Source: an archaeon
GTDB lineage: Archaea; Nanobdellota; Nanobdellia; Woesearchaeales; GW2011-AR9
Length of the DNA stretch: 64,000 bases
Direction of reading: 5' to 3'
NCBI GenBank assembly: GCA_018696395.1
Contig: JABHQR010000012.1
Location: forward strand, 11,841-75,840
Shown here: positions 37,086 through 47,455 of the stretch, piece after piece
Layout of the letters: each line of letters opens with the position of its first letter
Numbering within the stretch: position 1 is the stretch's first letter
The notes under the pieces: model-generated
Databases searched by the model: none
Seen by the model: only the letters and a program-made list of their open reading frames with translations
Told to the model about the DNA's origin: nothing
Position numbers and translations under genes: made by a program

Positions 37086-37159
37086 TATTTAGCTTTTGGT
37101 AATGGATATATTAACTAATTTTAATACAAATTAAATTAATACCCTTAAAAAAATATAAA

Positions 37160-37987
37160 ATGAAAGTTGGCGGTCAAGCAGTAATTGAAGGAGTAATGAT
37201 GCGTAACAAAGAAAAGTTCGCAGTTGCTGTTAGGCTGGAAAATGGAAATATTAAACTTATGAAAAATAAAAGTTCCAAATTTCCTAAATATTTTAATTTT
37301 CCTTTAATTCGTGGTGTTATTGGTTTGTTCTTTATGTTATACGATGGAATTAAAGCTTTAATTTGGAGTAGTAATCAGCAATTATATGAAGATGAACAAA
37401 TCAGTACAAAAGAGATTATTTTTACTTTACTGATTTCATTTGCATTTAGTATTATCATATTTATTATAGTTCCTTTCTTTATAGCATCAGCAATTCATTC
37501 TGAAGGTTTAATTTTTGACTTATTAGATGGCGTATTTAGGTTAAGCTTATTTTTAATCTATTTGGCAGCTATCTCTTATATGGAAGACATTAATGTATTA
37601 TTTCAATATCATGGTGCTGAACATAAAACTATTAACTGTTATGAATCTAAAGAGAAATTAACTGTGGCTAATGCGCAAAGATATTCTAGGTTCAGTCCGA
37701 GGTGTGGCACTTCATTTTTATTTATTGTATTCATGGTTTCAATATTGTTATTTACTTTTTTACCTGAACAGTTCTGGTTAAAATTGTTAGGTAGGATAGT
37801 GTTAATACCTTTTGTAGCAGGTATCTCTTATGAAATTGTAAAACTTAGTGATAGGTACTCTAATAATGTTTTTGTTAAAATCATTATAGCACCTGGTCTT
37901 TGGTTACAAAGATTAACTACTAGAGAACCATCTGATAGGCAAGTTAAAGTTGCAATAGAATCATTGGACGGTGTGTTGAGACAATAA
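37160..37987 (+). CDS. DUF1385-family membrane protein
   Basis: N-terminal VGGQAVIEGVMMR and the conserved YHGAEHK block, with several TM segments. Confidence 0.6.
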   Translation: MKVGGQAVIEGVMMRNKEKFAVAVRLENGNIKLMKNKSSKFPKYFNFPLIRGVIGLFFMLYDGIKALIWSSNQQLYEDEQISTKEIIFTLLISFAFSIIIFIIVPFFIASAIHSEGLIFDLLDGVFRLSLFLIYLAAISYMEDINVLFQYHGAEHKTINCYESKEKLTVANAQRYSRFSPRCGTSFLFIVFMVSILLFTFLPEQFWLKLLGRIVLIPFVAGISYEIVKLSDRYSNNVFVKIIIAPGLWLQRLTTREPSDRQVKVAIESLDGVLRQ

Positions 37988-38011
37988 GCGATGAGTTTAA
38001 TTTATTAATTC

Positions 38012-39436
38012 TTATAAATATTTAGTTGCATAACCTGCGGCTTCACTTCTTTCTCCAATTGAAAGGAGAACTGTAGAAAAATATTCTTCACCTAAAAGGG
38101 ATTTTGTTAATCCAATTAACCCACAAGTTTCTTCATTTAAGTTTGGGTTATTGATTTGAAACGGATCTCCTACCAGAATTATTTTAGAATTTCCCTCCAA
38201 TCTTGTAATCATTATTTTTAAGTCTCTTCTACTATACTCTTGAGCTTCGTCAATTATGATAAGGCAATCATTAATACTTTCTCCTTTAATATATGTTCCA
38301 GTATCAATCTCCATCATGCCCCTACTAATCAATACATCTAATGGGGATGAATTTGTGTTACCATGCTTATTTTTGTATAATTTTTGAACAGTTTCGTAAA
38401 CCGGTTTAAGAAAAGGTTTTATGGCTTCTTCTTCTGTTTCTTTTTGATAATTTAATTTTTCTCCTAACCCTAATGCTGGCCTTATAACTCTTATTGATTT
38501 ATACCTTTTTTGTTCTACGACCATTGAAAGAGCGGATGCTAATGCAAGGTAAGATTTACCTGTGCCTGCATATCCAATTGCTGTAGCAATTTTAATATTG
38601 TCATCTAACAAAATTTTTGCTAACTGTTCTTGTTGATAATTTTTTGGAATTACTCCAAATAGGTCATTATAAGGTTCTGGGAAATTAAATTCTGTGATGT
38701 CATCTAATTTTGGTTGATCTCCTTGTTTTTTATTGCCATTTGCCCCAAAATATTGCCAATTAACTTTTTTAAGATAAGGTCTCTTTTTCTTAATTAGGAA
38801 CTGTAAATTTAAATTGTCTTTTGTAGAATATAAAAACTGTCCATGATGAAAAATTTCTCTTAATTTTTCAAATTTTCCTTCTAATTTCACTTCATCTTGT
38901 GAAGAAATTATATCAACTAAATCTTGATTTAAATTAATTCTAGTTTTAATTTTAACTAAATTTTCAAGTATGTTTAAATCTTTTTCTGGTCTAGACCTTT
39001 CAGTTTGATTTTGGTAATGTTCAACTTCAATTAAATTAATTTGAGCTAATAAAAACAATGAAATGTTGTCCGTTACAAGTGTTAAGTTATCATCGTAATT
39101 TTTTTTGTCTTTTGCCATGAACTTAAGAATTTTTGACTCTGCTTTTGGCAATTCAGATAAATCTTCAATTCCAGGAGAATGAAATATTAACTTCCCTCCT
39201 AAAGGTAAATCAGAATATAACCTTCCTTTTTCTATTTTTTTCCCAAGTCTGTGAATCTCTCTTAATGCTTCTCTTGCTCTTTGATTTCTAACATCTTCAC
39301 CTTTACTTAGTTTTTGTAATTCTCTGATCACTTCTTGATGTAATATTAAATTATTATCTTCAAAAGAATATATGCAATATGGGTCATTAATGATTACACT
39401 GGTATCTAGAACGTAATTTTTAACATCTTCACCCAT
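38012..39436 (-). CDS. PIN-domain PhoH-like ATPase (PhoH2-type)
   Basis: N-terminal PIN (VLDTSVIIND). C-terminal P-loop AIGYAGTGKSYLALASA and Walker-B-like IIIDEAQ. Confidence 0.8.
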   Translation of the reverse strand: MGEDVKNYVLDTSVIINDPYCIYSFEDNNLILHQEVIRELQKLSKGEDVRNQRAREALREIHRLGKKIEKGRLYSDLPLGGKLIFHSPGIEDLSELPKAESKILKFMAKDKKNYDDNLTLVTDNISLFLLAQINLIEVEHYQNQTERSRPEKDLNILENLVKIKTRINLNQDLVDIISSQDEVKLEGKFEKLREIFHHGQFLYSTKDNLNLQFLIKKKRPYLKKVNWQYFGANGNKKQGDQPKLDDITEFNFPEPYNDLFGVIPKNYQQEQLAKILLDDNIKIATAIGYAGTGKSYLALASALSMVVEQKRYKSIRVIRPALGLGEKLNYQKETEEEAIKPFLKPVYETVQKLYKNKHGNTNSSPLDVLISRGMMEIDTGTYIKGESINDCLIIIDEAQEYSRRDLKIMITRLEGNSKIILVGDPFQINNPNLNEETCGLIGLTKSLLGEEYFSTVLLSIGERSEAAGYATKYL

Positions 39437-39460
39437 TTTTTCAACTATTAAAATTTATGT

Positions 39461-40075
39461 TTAAATAATCTTTTTTAAAGTATCTTGAATTCTATGATAT
39501 TCTAAAAATACTTTGTATCTATCAAATTCTCCTAATCCTTGCCTTTGTTTTTCATCTGAATAAGCTTGTGATCCACTTCTAACTGCTTTTCCAACTTTTG
39601 CAAAATTTAAATTATCACTAACCCAATCTTCAAAGGTTAATTTATCTATAAAGTACTCAATGGAATCTCTTCTTAATTTAACTTCTCTTCCTTCTACTTT
39701 TTCAGTTACTTTTTCAATCTCTAAAAGGTATAGGTTTCTTAATTGAGTTGGATTTTCTCCTAAAACCCTTAGGTCTTCCAAATGAGAATAAAGTTTATAC
39801 CTGCTAAAATCTTGAAATTTTTTCTTAAGATTTTTTTCATGACCAATAGGGCCACCTTCTCTTAATGAACTTAAAATTAGTTCATTTGGTGTTGAAATTG
39901 TTGTTACACAGTATAAAATGCCTAAATCATTATTTGAAGAATCATAATCTATCTGGTTTTGCGCATTTTTTCTATAAAATTCATCAATATCTTTAATTAT
40001 ATTAATCAAATCATAAGTAGAAGCTTTATCCATCATTCTTTTCTCAGCTGCTTTTCTCATATCATTTGGACTCAT
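39461..40075 (-). CDS. hypothetical protein between rad50 and the PIN-PhoH gene
   Basis: 204-aa ORF on the same strand, 24 nt upstream of the PIN-PhoH gene. No phosphoesterase (Mre11) motifs. Confidence 0.4.
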   Translation of the reverse strand: MSPNDMRKAAEKRMMDKASTYDLINIIKDIDEFYRKNAQNQIDYDSSNNDLGILYCVTTISTPNELILSSLREGGPIGHEKNLKKKFQDFSRYKLYSHLEDLRVLGENPTQLRNLYLLEIEKVTEKVEGREVKLRRDSIEYFIDKLTFEDWVSDNLNFAKVGKAVRSGSQAYSDEKQRQGLGEFDRYKVFLEYHRIQDTLKKII

Positions 40076-40185
40076 GTTTTCTTAAATGTTGAAACTTATT
40101 ATTTAATTGTTTCCTTACTTCAAAAGCAAATGAAAAAAAGATATATTCTTATGGTTATAATGTAAAATCTGTTTTATTGTGATAC

Positions 40186-42612
40186 TCAATTAACAATCCT
40201 ACTAATTCCATCTTCCTTTACGATTCTTAACATATTCTCTACGAAACTTTCTACTTTGGCTTCATGTGATACTATAATTACTTGCTTTAATGAGATACTT
40301 TCCAACAAATCTCTTACTTTATCCAATTGTTCTGTACTAAATCCATCAGTTGGTTCGTCTAAAATTAAAATATCATTTGTTTTTATTTCACTAATCACAT
40401 CATTAATAACTTTATTTAAAGATAATCTATAGGCTAAAGATACTGATGTTTTTTCTCCACCACTTAAATCATTGAAAGAAATTTCATAACCATTTTGTTC
40501 CACAATTGGCGTAAATGAATCATCAAGTTTTGCATTAATATTTTCATCTTCCATTAAAATATTAAACCATTCTTTGAAAGTTTGGTTAAAATAATTGTAA
40601 ATGTTACCTAATATCTCTTTTTCTATAGTAAAAGTTAATCTAAAAAAGAAATTGTTTAACCAATTGTAAAGTTCTTTAGTTCTGATTAATTTAGATTTTT
40701 CAGATTTTAAATCTTCAACATTTTTTGTTATATTTAACTTGTCTTTGTTAAGATATTTTAAACTAGCATTTAATTTAGCTTCTTCAAGGGAGATATTACG
40801 TTCTTCTTCTATTAATTTATTTAATTTAATCTCTTGTTGTTCAATTTCTTGTTGTAAAATTTCTAAATCTAACGATTTTTCTAATAAAAATTCAATCTCA
40901 GAAATATTTTTATTTAATAATTCATTTTTATCATTTATTCTTTTAATTTCAATTTCAATTCTTGATTTTTGAAGTTCTAAATTCTCTTTTAAAATTATTT
41001 TTTCTTTCAAATTATTTAATTGCTTTAATCTTTGGTTGATTCTGTCTAAATTAATCTTTTCATTTTCTTGAAGTTTACCTAATCTTGTGGTAAAATTATT
41101 ATTTTCAATAACTAATCTGATTAATTCTTCTTTTCTTAAATCTAATAATTTTTCCTTTTCTTCAATTGATTTAATTTCAAAAGATAATCTTCTTAATTCT
41201 TCATTTAATCTATTATTAAATTCAATACTTTGTTTTGATTGATTAATTTTTAATTTAATCTCTTGTTCTTTTGAGAATAATTCTTGCAAAATTAGTTCTG
41301 ATTTAACGATTTTTTCGTGTTCAGTTTGAGATATGTTCTGTTTATATTCTGAACTTATCTCTTGTAAACAAGTTGGGCATTTTTCTATCTCCACAATCCT
41401 ACTTTTTAATTTATTTGCTTCACTGAGAAGTGTTTGGTTTATGCTGACTAATTCTAAATTTTTCTTTTCTAAATTTAATGATTTTTCATATTCATTAACT
41501 AACTCTTGTTGATCTTTAACATTTGAAATTAATTCATCTGTTTTTTTAATTAGCTCTTTTTTTTGTTCAACTCCTTGTTGAACTGATTTCATTTCTATCT
41601 GTAAGTTGAAAATTCTTTCTTGACAATTTTTGATGTTAGAATTAAGCTGAGTTTTTTCTCTTAAAAATGAAGTTTTTTCATTTTCTAAACTAATAGTCTC
41701 AGTATCAATTGAAACTTTGTTCAATTTTGTATCTATTAAACTAACTTTCAATTTTTCAACAATTTGTTCGTGGTCAATCTTAATATGTTCTAAACGTTCA
41801 TTATTTTCTCTAACTAATGTCTTTTTTTGTTTAAGCTCATTTAATTGAACTTTAATTTCATCTCTGGACTTTATTTTATGTTCCAATTTTTGTTTATCTT
41901 CTTTAACCTTAGAAAGTGCCAATTCTTTTTTAGGGATTAATTCTTCAATTACTTTTTCTTGGTTACTTATTTCTTCTTCAACTTTAACAAGTTTAATTTG
42001 AAAGTCTGCTAATGGTTCTATTCTTGTTTCTAAGATTATAATCTCTTTTCTTTGAATTTTAAGATAAGTTTGAAGGTTATCTCTAATAGTTTTGTATCTG
42101 TCAATATTGAATATTTTTCTAAGAATATCTAACCGGTTTTCAGGAGTTTCTTGTAAAATAAGTTTCATATCTTCTTGAGGGCAGTACACTGTATATCTAA
42201 ATACGTAATTCTTACCTTTTGAAAGTAAATCTTCTGGGTATGATAATAAATTAAGAATCTCTGCTTTAAGTTCAATTGGGGTGAGTTCTTTTTTCACATT
42301 ATTAATTATGACATATCCATTACCTTGATTAACCCCCCTAGATGTTCTCTTTAAAGTTCTTTTAATTATTACTTCTTTTTCTTCGATTACAAAATGAAGT
42401 TCAACTTCTGCAGAATTTTCTCCTTTTCTTAACAATGAATCTCCACTAAGTTCTGTTCTAGAAGTTCCAAAAAGTGCAAATTCTATGGCAAGTAAGATTG
42501 TGGATTTTCCTGAACCAATATCTCCCGATAGTAAAATGCTTCCTTTTGGAAATTGGATCTCTTGATATTCATAAGAACGAATATTACTAATTACCAATTT
42601 TTTCAATAACAT
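40186..42612 (-). CDS. rad50: DNA double-strand break repair ATPase Rad50
   Basis: Walker A LLSGDIGSGKSTIL, long coiled coil with a central zinc hook CPTCLQ, signature LSGGEKTSVSLAYRLSL and Walker B ILILDEPT. Confidence 0.85.
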   Translation of the reverse strand: MLLKKLVISNIRSYEYQEIQFPKGSILLSGDIGSGKSTILLAIEFALFGTSRTELSGDSLLRKGENSAEVELHFVIEEKEVIIKRTLKRTSRGVNQGNGYVIINNVKKELTPIELKAEILNLLSYPEDLLSKGKNYVFRYTVYCPQEDMKLILQETPENRLDILRKIFNIDRYKTIRDNLQTYLKIQRKEIIILETRIEPLADFQIKLVKVEEEISNQEKVIEELIPKKELALSKVKEDKQKLEHKIKSRDEIKVQLNELKQKKTLVRENNERLEHIKIDHEQIVEKLKVSLIDTKLNKVSIDTETISLENEKTSFLREKTQLNSNIKNCQERIFNLQIEMKSVQQGVEQKKELIKKTDELISNVKDQQELVNEYEKSLNLEKKNLELVSINQTLLSEANKLKSRIVEIEKCPTCLQEISSEYKQNISQTEHEKIVKSELILQELFSKEQEIKLKINQSKQSIEFNNRLNEELRRLSFEIKSIEEKEKLLDLRKEELIRLVIENNNFTTRLGKLQENEKINLDRINQRLKQLNNLKEKIILKENLELQKSRIEIEIKRINDKNELLNKNISEIEFLLEKSLDLEILQQEIEQQEIKLNKLIEEERNISLEEAKLNASLKYLNKDKLNITKNVEDLKSEKSKLIRTKELYNWLNNFFFRLTFTIEKEILGNIYNYFNQTFKEWFNILMEDENINAKLDDSFTPIVEQNGYEISFNDLSGGEKTSVSLAYRLSLNKVINDVISEIKTNDILILDEPTDGFSTEQLDKVRDLLESISLKQVIIVSHEAKVESFVENMLRIVKEDGISRIVN

Positions 42613-42804
42613 TAATTTAATTAGATATTCTTTCCTTTATAGCTTTTTGTTTTTTCAAGAAGAGGTATTAATAATTTATATTATTTTATGTACTTCTTAC
42701 TAAATTAAATATTAATCATTTTACTCTTGTTCTGTGATTGCACAACCTACAATATATTTTCTGCTTCAGAAACGCTTATTAATGTTAATTTTTTCTTTTA
42801 GGTT

Positions 42805-43824
42805 ATGGACTTAAGAGAAATAGCTGTTAATGATTTATTAGGGAGGATTATTGCTTTCTTATCAGTTATGAATGGTGGTAAGACTAGGTCGTTAGTTGGG
42901 GAATTAGAACGAGTAAGGCATTCAAGTCTTAATTTTTCTGCTTATAATCCTAAAAAAAATAATCGTGATGGTTCTTATCTCTCAGTTAATGGTGAACCAA
43001 AAATTCTTGCCAAACCAGTGGAGTCAATTCTTGAAATTAAAGAAGATATAATTAAAATTAGAGAAATTCTATCATCCAATCAAGTTAAATATTCTGGAAA
43101 TAATGGTATTATTGAAATTGATGGAATTAAATATCGAAAAAATTGGCCTTTGGCAGCTGTTGGAATTGATGAAATTAATTTGTTTTGTTTAACTGAAAAG
43201 GATACTAAAGATGTTGCAGATTTTTTTAAATGGTCAAAACAAAATGGTTTAGTTTCATATTTAGCTGGTTTAGAAGAAGATTTCAGGCATCGGAATTTTG
43301 GAAATTTTCATTTAATAAAAAATATGGTAAATCATAGTTTATATAAAAAACCAGTTTGTAAAGCTATTAATAGTGGGACTCAATGTAGTAAACCTGCAAT
43401 GCACACTCAAAGATTATGGTCATTAGAATTTGCTAAAGATCTTGGCCTAGAATCAATGTTAGGTGATTTAGAATTGTTTCCTTATGTGGACAAAAATGGG
43501 GATATTAATTCAAAAAATTATTTGGCTGCCCCTTACTTTGATCAAACAGTAAGAATTGAAGCTGAAAAAACTAAACAGATAGTATATCTTCCTGTTTGTG
43601 AAGACTGTGCCCGATTACCTTACAAAAAAGAAGTGTTTGATGTATTTGAAGCAATTAAAGAAAATCAAGATCCAGCAAAAGTTCTTAACAATGATCTTCT
43701 CACTAAATTTATTTTAGAATATCTCTCAAACGATATAGATGGTTTTGTTAAACAAGAGAGGGGACTTTATGTCCCAAAGAGATATGTTCATAATTCTTTA
43801 GGTGGATTTTCAACTATTGAATAA
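42805..43824 (+). CDS. TK1-family thymidine kinase homolog with long insertion/extension
   Basis: P-loop-like LSVMNGGKTRSL, the TK1 block AAVGIDEINLF, and two zinc-ribbon pairs (CKAINSGTQC, CEDCARLPY). At 339 aa it is ~150 aa longer than a typical TK1. Confidence 0.55.
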   Translation: MDLREIAVNDLLGRIIAFLSVMNGGKTRSLVGELERVRHSSLNFSAYNPKKNNRDGSYLSVNGEPKILAKPVESILEIKEDIIKIREILSSNQVKYSGNNGIIEIDGIKYRKNWPLAAVGIDEINLFCLTEKDTKDVADFFKWSKQNGLVSYLAGLEEDFRHRNFGNFHLIKNMVNHSLYKKPVCKAINSGTQCSKPAMHTQRLWSLEFAKDLGLESMLGDLELFPYVDKNGDINSKNYLAAPYFDQTVRIEAEKTKQIVYLPVCEDCARLPYKKEVFDVFEAIKENQDPAKVLNNDLLTKFILEYLSNDIDGFVKQERGLYVPKRYVHNSLGGFSTIE

Positions 43825-43855
43825 ATTCTAAAATGATTTAAATAAGGTTGTGTTA

Positions 43856-43911
<56 letters not shown>

Positions 43912-43912
<1 letters not shown>

Positions 43913-44337
43913 TACTTCTTTTTAGAAATTTTCTTTTTAACTGACTTTTTCTTAACTACTTTTTTCTTGGCAGGAGTTTTCTTTGTAGTTTGTTTCTTAG
44001 TTGGCTTGGAAGATGTACTTTTTTTCTTTACACTACTTTTCTTTACTTCCTTCTTTTCAACTTCCTTTTTTACTATGTCTTTTCTAGCAGAAATGACTCT
44101 TGATTTTTCTTGATTTTTCTCTTCTTTATTCTTTTTTTCTCTTTTAAGGATTAAGTAGATTATTGGTAAGATACCTGCGGTGTTTAATATCAACAATAAT
44201 AAGAACCAAACAAATTCTTTTCTGTTAGCTGATTTCCATAAAGCTAAACCTTTCCAAAATATGCTCCAAAATATTAAAATCACTAATACCAGATTAAAAG
44301 CAAACTGGTTTTGATAAATTGTGTATAAATATGACAT
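43912..44337 (-). CDS. small membrane protein (2 TM) with long Lys-rich C-terminal tail
   Basis: Two hydrophobic helices, then a ~70-residue tail that is about half Lys (KKSSVKKKSTSSKPTKKQTTKKTPAKKK...). Confidence 0.5.
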
Positions 44338-44500
44338 TTTTTTACCTCCATTAATTAAGCTAAATATAATCTAATTACTTTATATATTAACCTTTTTAGT
44401 TTTGAAACTATATAACTAACTTTATAAATATTGAGATTATACCATTTTGAATATATATATTGGTAATTCAACAAATAATTTAATAATAATAAGGTAATAG

Positions 44501-46603
44501 TTGATGGGATGGAAAGAGTTATGGACATATTTAATAACAGATCCAAATAAAGTAAAATCTAAATCTTCTTGCAATAAGAAATCTAAACTATTATCTCTCA
44601 ACTTAACTAAAAAAACTTCTGAAAAAAAATTCAACTTATCGGATTCAACTTCAAAAAGGAAATTAGGAACTGGCGTTCTTTTATTTATATTAATTAATTC
44701 TATATTAGGTAGTTCGTTATTTTACTTGCCAAGTTTAGGTGTGAAAAGTTTTGGAGCGGCAAGTGTTATTTCTTGGTTACTTATTTTCATGGTTGCAGGT
44801 TTTATTATGTTATACATTAGTGAACTGTTAGTTCTTTTTCCATCATCAGGAGGAACTTATTTTTATTGTAAAAAAGCGTATGGGCGATTTATTTCTTTTA
44901 TGGCTGGTTGGATGATCTGGTTGGCAGGAAATATTGGGATGGCATTAAACATTGTAGCTGCAGCAGAATATTTTATTCCTGAAACTGGCAGTGGTGCATT
45001 TGCGTTACGTATCGCTTTTAGTTTAGTTTGGATTATAGCATTAAATTATATGGCTTTTAGGGGTATAGATGCAGGCGTTACTATGTTAGTAGCGTTTGGG
45101 ATATTTTCTATTGTAGTTGTCTCACTTTTGATAATTCCTTCTTTCATTAGTGTTCCTGCTTTACTTGAGGGAAATTTAGTTACTAATTTTGACATTAATA
45201 ATATAACTCCTTTCTTTAGACATTCTGGGGGTTTTGGATTATTGTCCCATTTACTTTTATCTTTACTAATGGTTTCAGAAGCATTTTTTGGGTTTGAAAC
45301 ATTAAGTTATTTATCAAATGAAGCTGAAGATAAAAAGAAATTGCCAAAAATTTTATTTTTATCAATGTTAATTTGTGGTTTAATAATGGGTTTGTATGTG
45401 CTAACTTCTGTGGCAACAGTAAATTATGGTGATTATGTTACTAATGCAAGGCCTTGGGCTGTGCAAGCATTAAATATTTTGGGAGAAACAGGTAAAAGTA
45501 TTATTGTGTTTGGAATGTATCTTACTATCATTGGTGCTGCTGCTGCTTGGCCGATTACTAGTTCTCGGTTAGTACAAGCAATGGCCAAAGATAAATTGTT
45601 TCTGAAACATTTTGCTGCAAAACATCCTAAACACAAATCCCCCTATAAAGCAGTATATTTTCAAACTTTTGCCATAATATTGTTCGCATGGTTAATATTT
45701 AGGGGTTATATGGTGAATTGGAGTGACCCTTACCGGACAATGCACTTAATTTATGTTGTAATAAGTTTAATCTCTTTATCGTTAATACTTTTTACTGTAC
45801 CAATATTACGTAAAAAGTTTGCTAATCTAAAACGAGATTTCAAAGCACCTTTACCTTTACTAGGTCCAATCTTAATAGTATCATTTTTTACATTTTTAAT
45901 CTTTAATTGGGTTTTTATAGAAGGTGCAGTTGCAAAATCAATTATCAATTTAGCATTATCTTTTGTGGTGTTAGGAATCCCTTTATACTTTTTAATAGAA
46001 ATGTTTTATGATCCAAAAGCTATTGTAAGAACTAATGAGTTTCTTTCTTACTTTGTATTGTTAACTGAGAAAATACATTTTCCTTTAAGTATTAGAAATA
46101 AGATTTTGAAAGATTTAGGTGATGTTAAGGGGAAAACTGTGTTAGATTATGGGTGTAGTATTGGTTCATTAACTAAACGTTTAGCAAGAAAGGTTGGTTC
46201 TAACGGGAGGGTTTATGCTACTGACATCTCTTTGCATAATGTTAAGATTACTGATCAAAGAACTAATGAAATCTCTCAAGTTACAGTTCATCATCACCCT
46301 AGTTTGGATAATTTTAGTTTAAAATTATTTCCTAAAGCAGACCTAGTTTTGTCTATTGGAATGATGTCTTATTTACAGAAGCCTCGAAAGATTTTAACTT
46401 CTTTATCAAAACAAGTTAAGAAAAATTCAGAGATTATTTTTGTTGATTATGATAAATTCTTTTATTTTATTCCTAATGTGACTTGGATTGAAGATGATAA
46501 ACAATTGGTTAAATTGTTTAAATTTGCTGGGTTCAAAGTTAAAATTACTAGAAAACAAGGTTTTTTATGGACTTATGTTATTGTTAAAGGGAAAAAGATT
46601 TAA
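44501..46603 (+). CDS. APC-superfamily permease fused to a C-terminal class-I SAM-dependent methyltransferase domain
   Basis: ~12 TM N-terminal region with APC-like GxG and proline patterns. C-terminal 200 aa has MTase motif I VLDYGCSIGSL, post-I acidic YATDIS and motif II DLVLSIGMM. 700 aa. Confidence 0.7.
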   Translation: MMGWKELWTYLITDPNKVKSKSSCNKKSKLLSLNLTKKTSEKKFNLSDSTSKRKLGTGVLLFILINSILGSSLFYLPSLGVKSFGAASVISWLLIFMVAGFIMLYISELLVLFPSSGGTYFYCKKAYGRFISFMAGWMIWLAGNIGMALNIVAAAEYFIPETGSGAFALRIAFSLVWIIALNYMAFRGIDAGVTMLVAFGIFSIVVVSLLIIPSFISVPALLEGNLVTNFDINNITPFFRHSGGFGLLSHLLLSLLMVSEAFFGFETLSYLSNEAEDKKKLPKILFLSMLICGLIMGLYVLTSVATVNYGDYVTNARPWAVQALNILGETGKSIIVFGMYLTIIGAAAAWPITSSRLVQAMAKDKLFLKHFAAKHPKHKSPYKAVYFQTFAIILFAWLIFRGYMVNWSDPYRTMHLIYVVISLISLSLILFTVPILRKKFANLKRDFKAPLPLLGPILIVSFFTFLIFNWVFIEGAVAKSIINLALSFVVLGIPLYFLIEMFYDPKAIVRTNEFLSYFVLLTEKIHFPLSIRNKILKDLGDVKGKTVLDYGCSIGSLTKRLARKVGSNGRVYATDISLHNVKITDQRTNEISQVTVHHHPSLDNFSLKLFPKADLVLSIGMMSYLQKPRKILTSLSKQVKKNSEIIFVDYDKFFYFIPNVTWIEDDKQLVKLFKFAGFKVKITRKQGFLWTYVIVKGKKI

Positions 46604-46609
46604 TCTTGA

Positions 46610-47386
46610 TTATAATCCCTTTACATAAGCTTCTAGTTCAGCTAATCTATTCATGTTTGGATTATTTATGAACTCTTCAATATCATCAAAAAAATCATCA
46701 CTTAAACCATATGTTGCCCTTTTGCTTTTAAGTAAAGGTAATGCTTTTTTCATCTTATTTATTTGGTGTATATGGCTAAAATTTTTTAAATAATTTTTTA
46801 ATCTTTCCTTAGCAATTTCAAATTTAAGTGCACTAAAATTATTTGGCATTAATTGTGAAAATTCATTATATACCTTTTTCCAAATAATTGCTTTTTGGTA
46901 TGTTTTGTGGCATGTTAAAGTACAAGGTACCCATTCTATCTCTTTACCAAATTTAAGGTATTCTTTAAGCTTTAAATTATATTTTTGATCTTTATCTATA
47001 ACAATTCTTTTTAAGATGTGATAAGCGCTTAGGCTGAAAGTATTTAACGTAGTCCCTTCTTCACAATATTTTGGATAACCTAAGTAATGTGATGCAAATT
47101 TATTTTTGTGGATATAATATCTAAAACCATTCCAAGATTTGTATGATTTTTTGTCAAAAGTAACATAACCTTGATGTTTAAAAGAAACATAAAATCCTAA
47201 TTCCTTTAACAAGGGAACAATTTCTCTTTTGAAAACTTTTTTCTCATGAGGGTAATAATATTGTACTAAAAAACCTGGCTTTACCCTTTCATAAACTAAC
47301 ATTAATTGAAAAAAATTATCAGCATCACCATATTTGTTAAGAATCATTACTAATTTATTGATGATTTTTATTTTATCTTCTCTCAC
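46610..47386 (-). CDS. hypothetical protein
   Basis: 258-aa ORF with no recognisable motif. Lies between the first permease-MTase gene and the K+ channel. Confidence 0.4.
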   Translation of the reverse strand: MREDKIKIINKLVMILNKYGDADNFFQLMLVYERVKPGFLVQYYYPHEKKVFKREIVPLLKELGFYVSFKHQGYVTFDKKSYKSWNGFRYYIHKNKFASHYLGYPKYCEEGTTLNTFSLSAYHILKRIVIDKDQKYNLKLKEYLKFGKEIEWVPCTLTCHKTYQKAIIWKKVYNEFSQLMPNNFSALKFEIAKERLKNYLKNFSHIHQINKMKKALPLLKSKRATYGLSDDFFDDIEEFINNPNMNRLAELEAYVKGL

Positions 47387-47455
47387 AATAATAAAGATAA
47401 TAAAGTCAATTTAAATAACTTACCCTTAAAATTAAAATGTACTTAAGAAATCACT

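Noticed and set aside
39959-40972. ORFs 39959..40165 and 40739..40972 on the plus strand
   Set aside because: They are antisense to the 204-aa gene and to rad50.
42613-42804. Possible mre11 next to rad50
   Set aside because: No ORF with Mre11 phosphoesterase motifs (GDxH, GNHD/E) exists on either side of rad50 within the window. Its absence is reported as a finding rather than annotating a gene.
45216-45948. Three minus-strand ORFs (45216..45416, 45433..45636, 45751..45948) inside the first permease-MTase gene
   Set aside because: They are antisense to a long multi-TM ORF with coherent APC-like topology.
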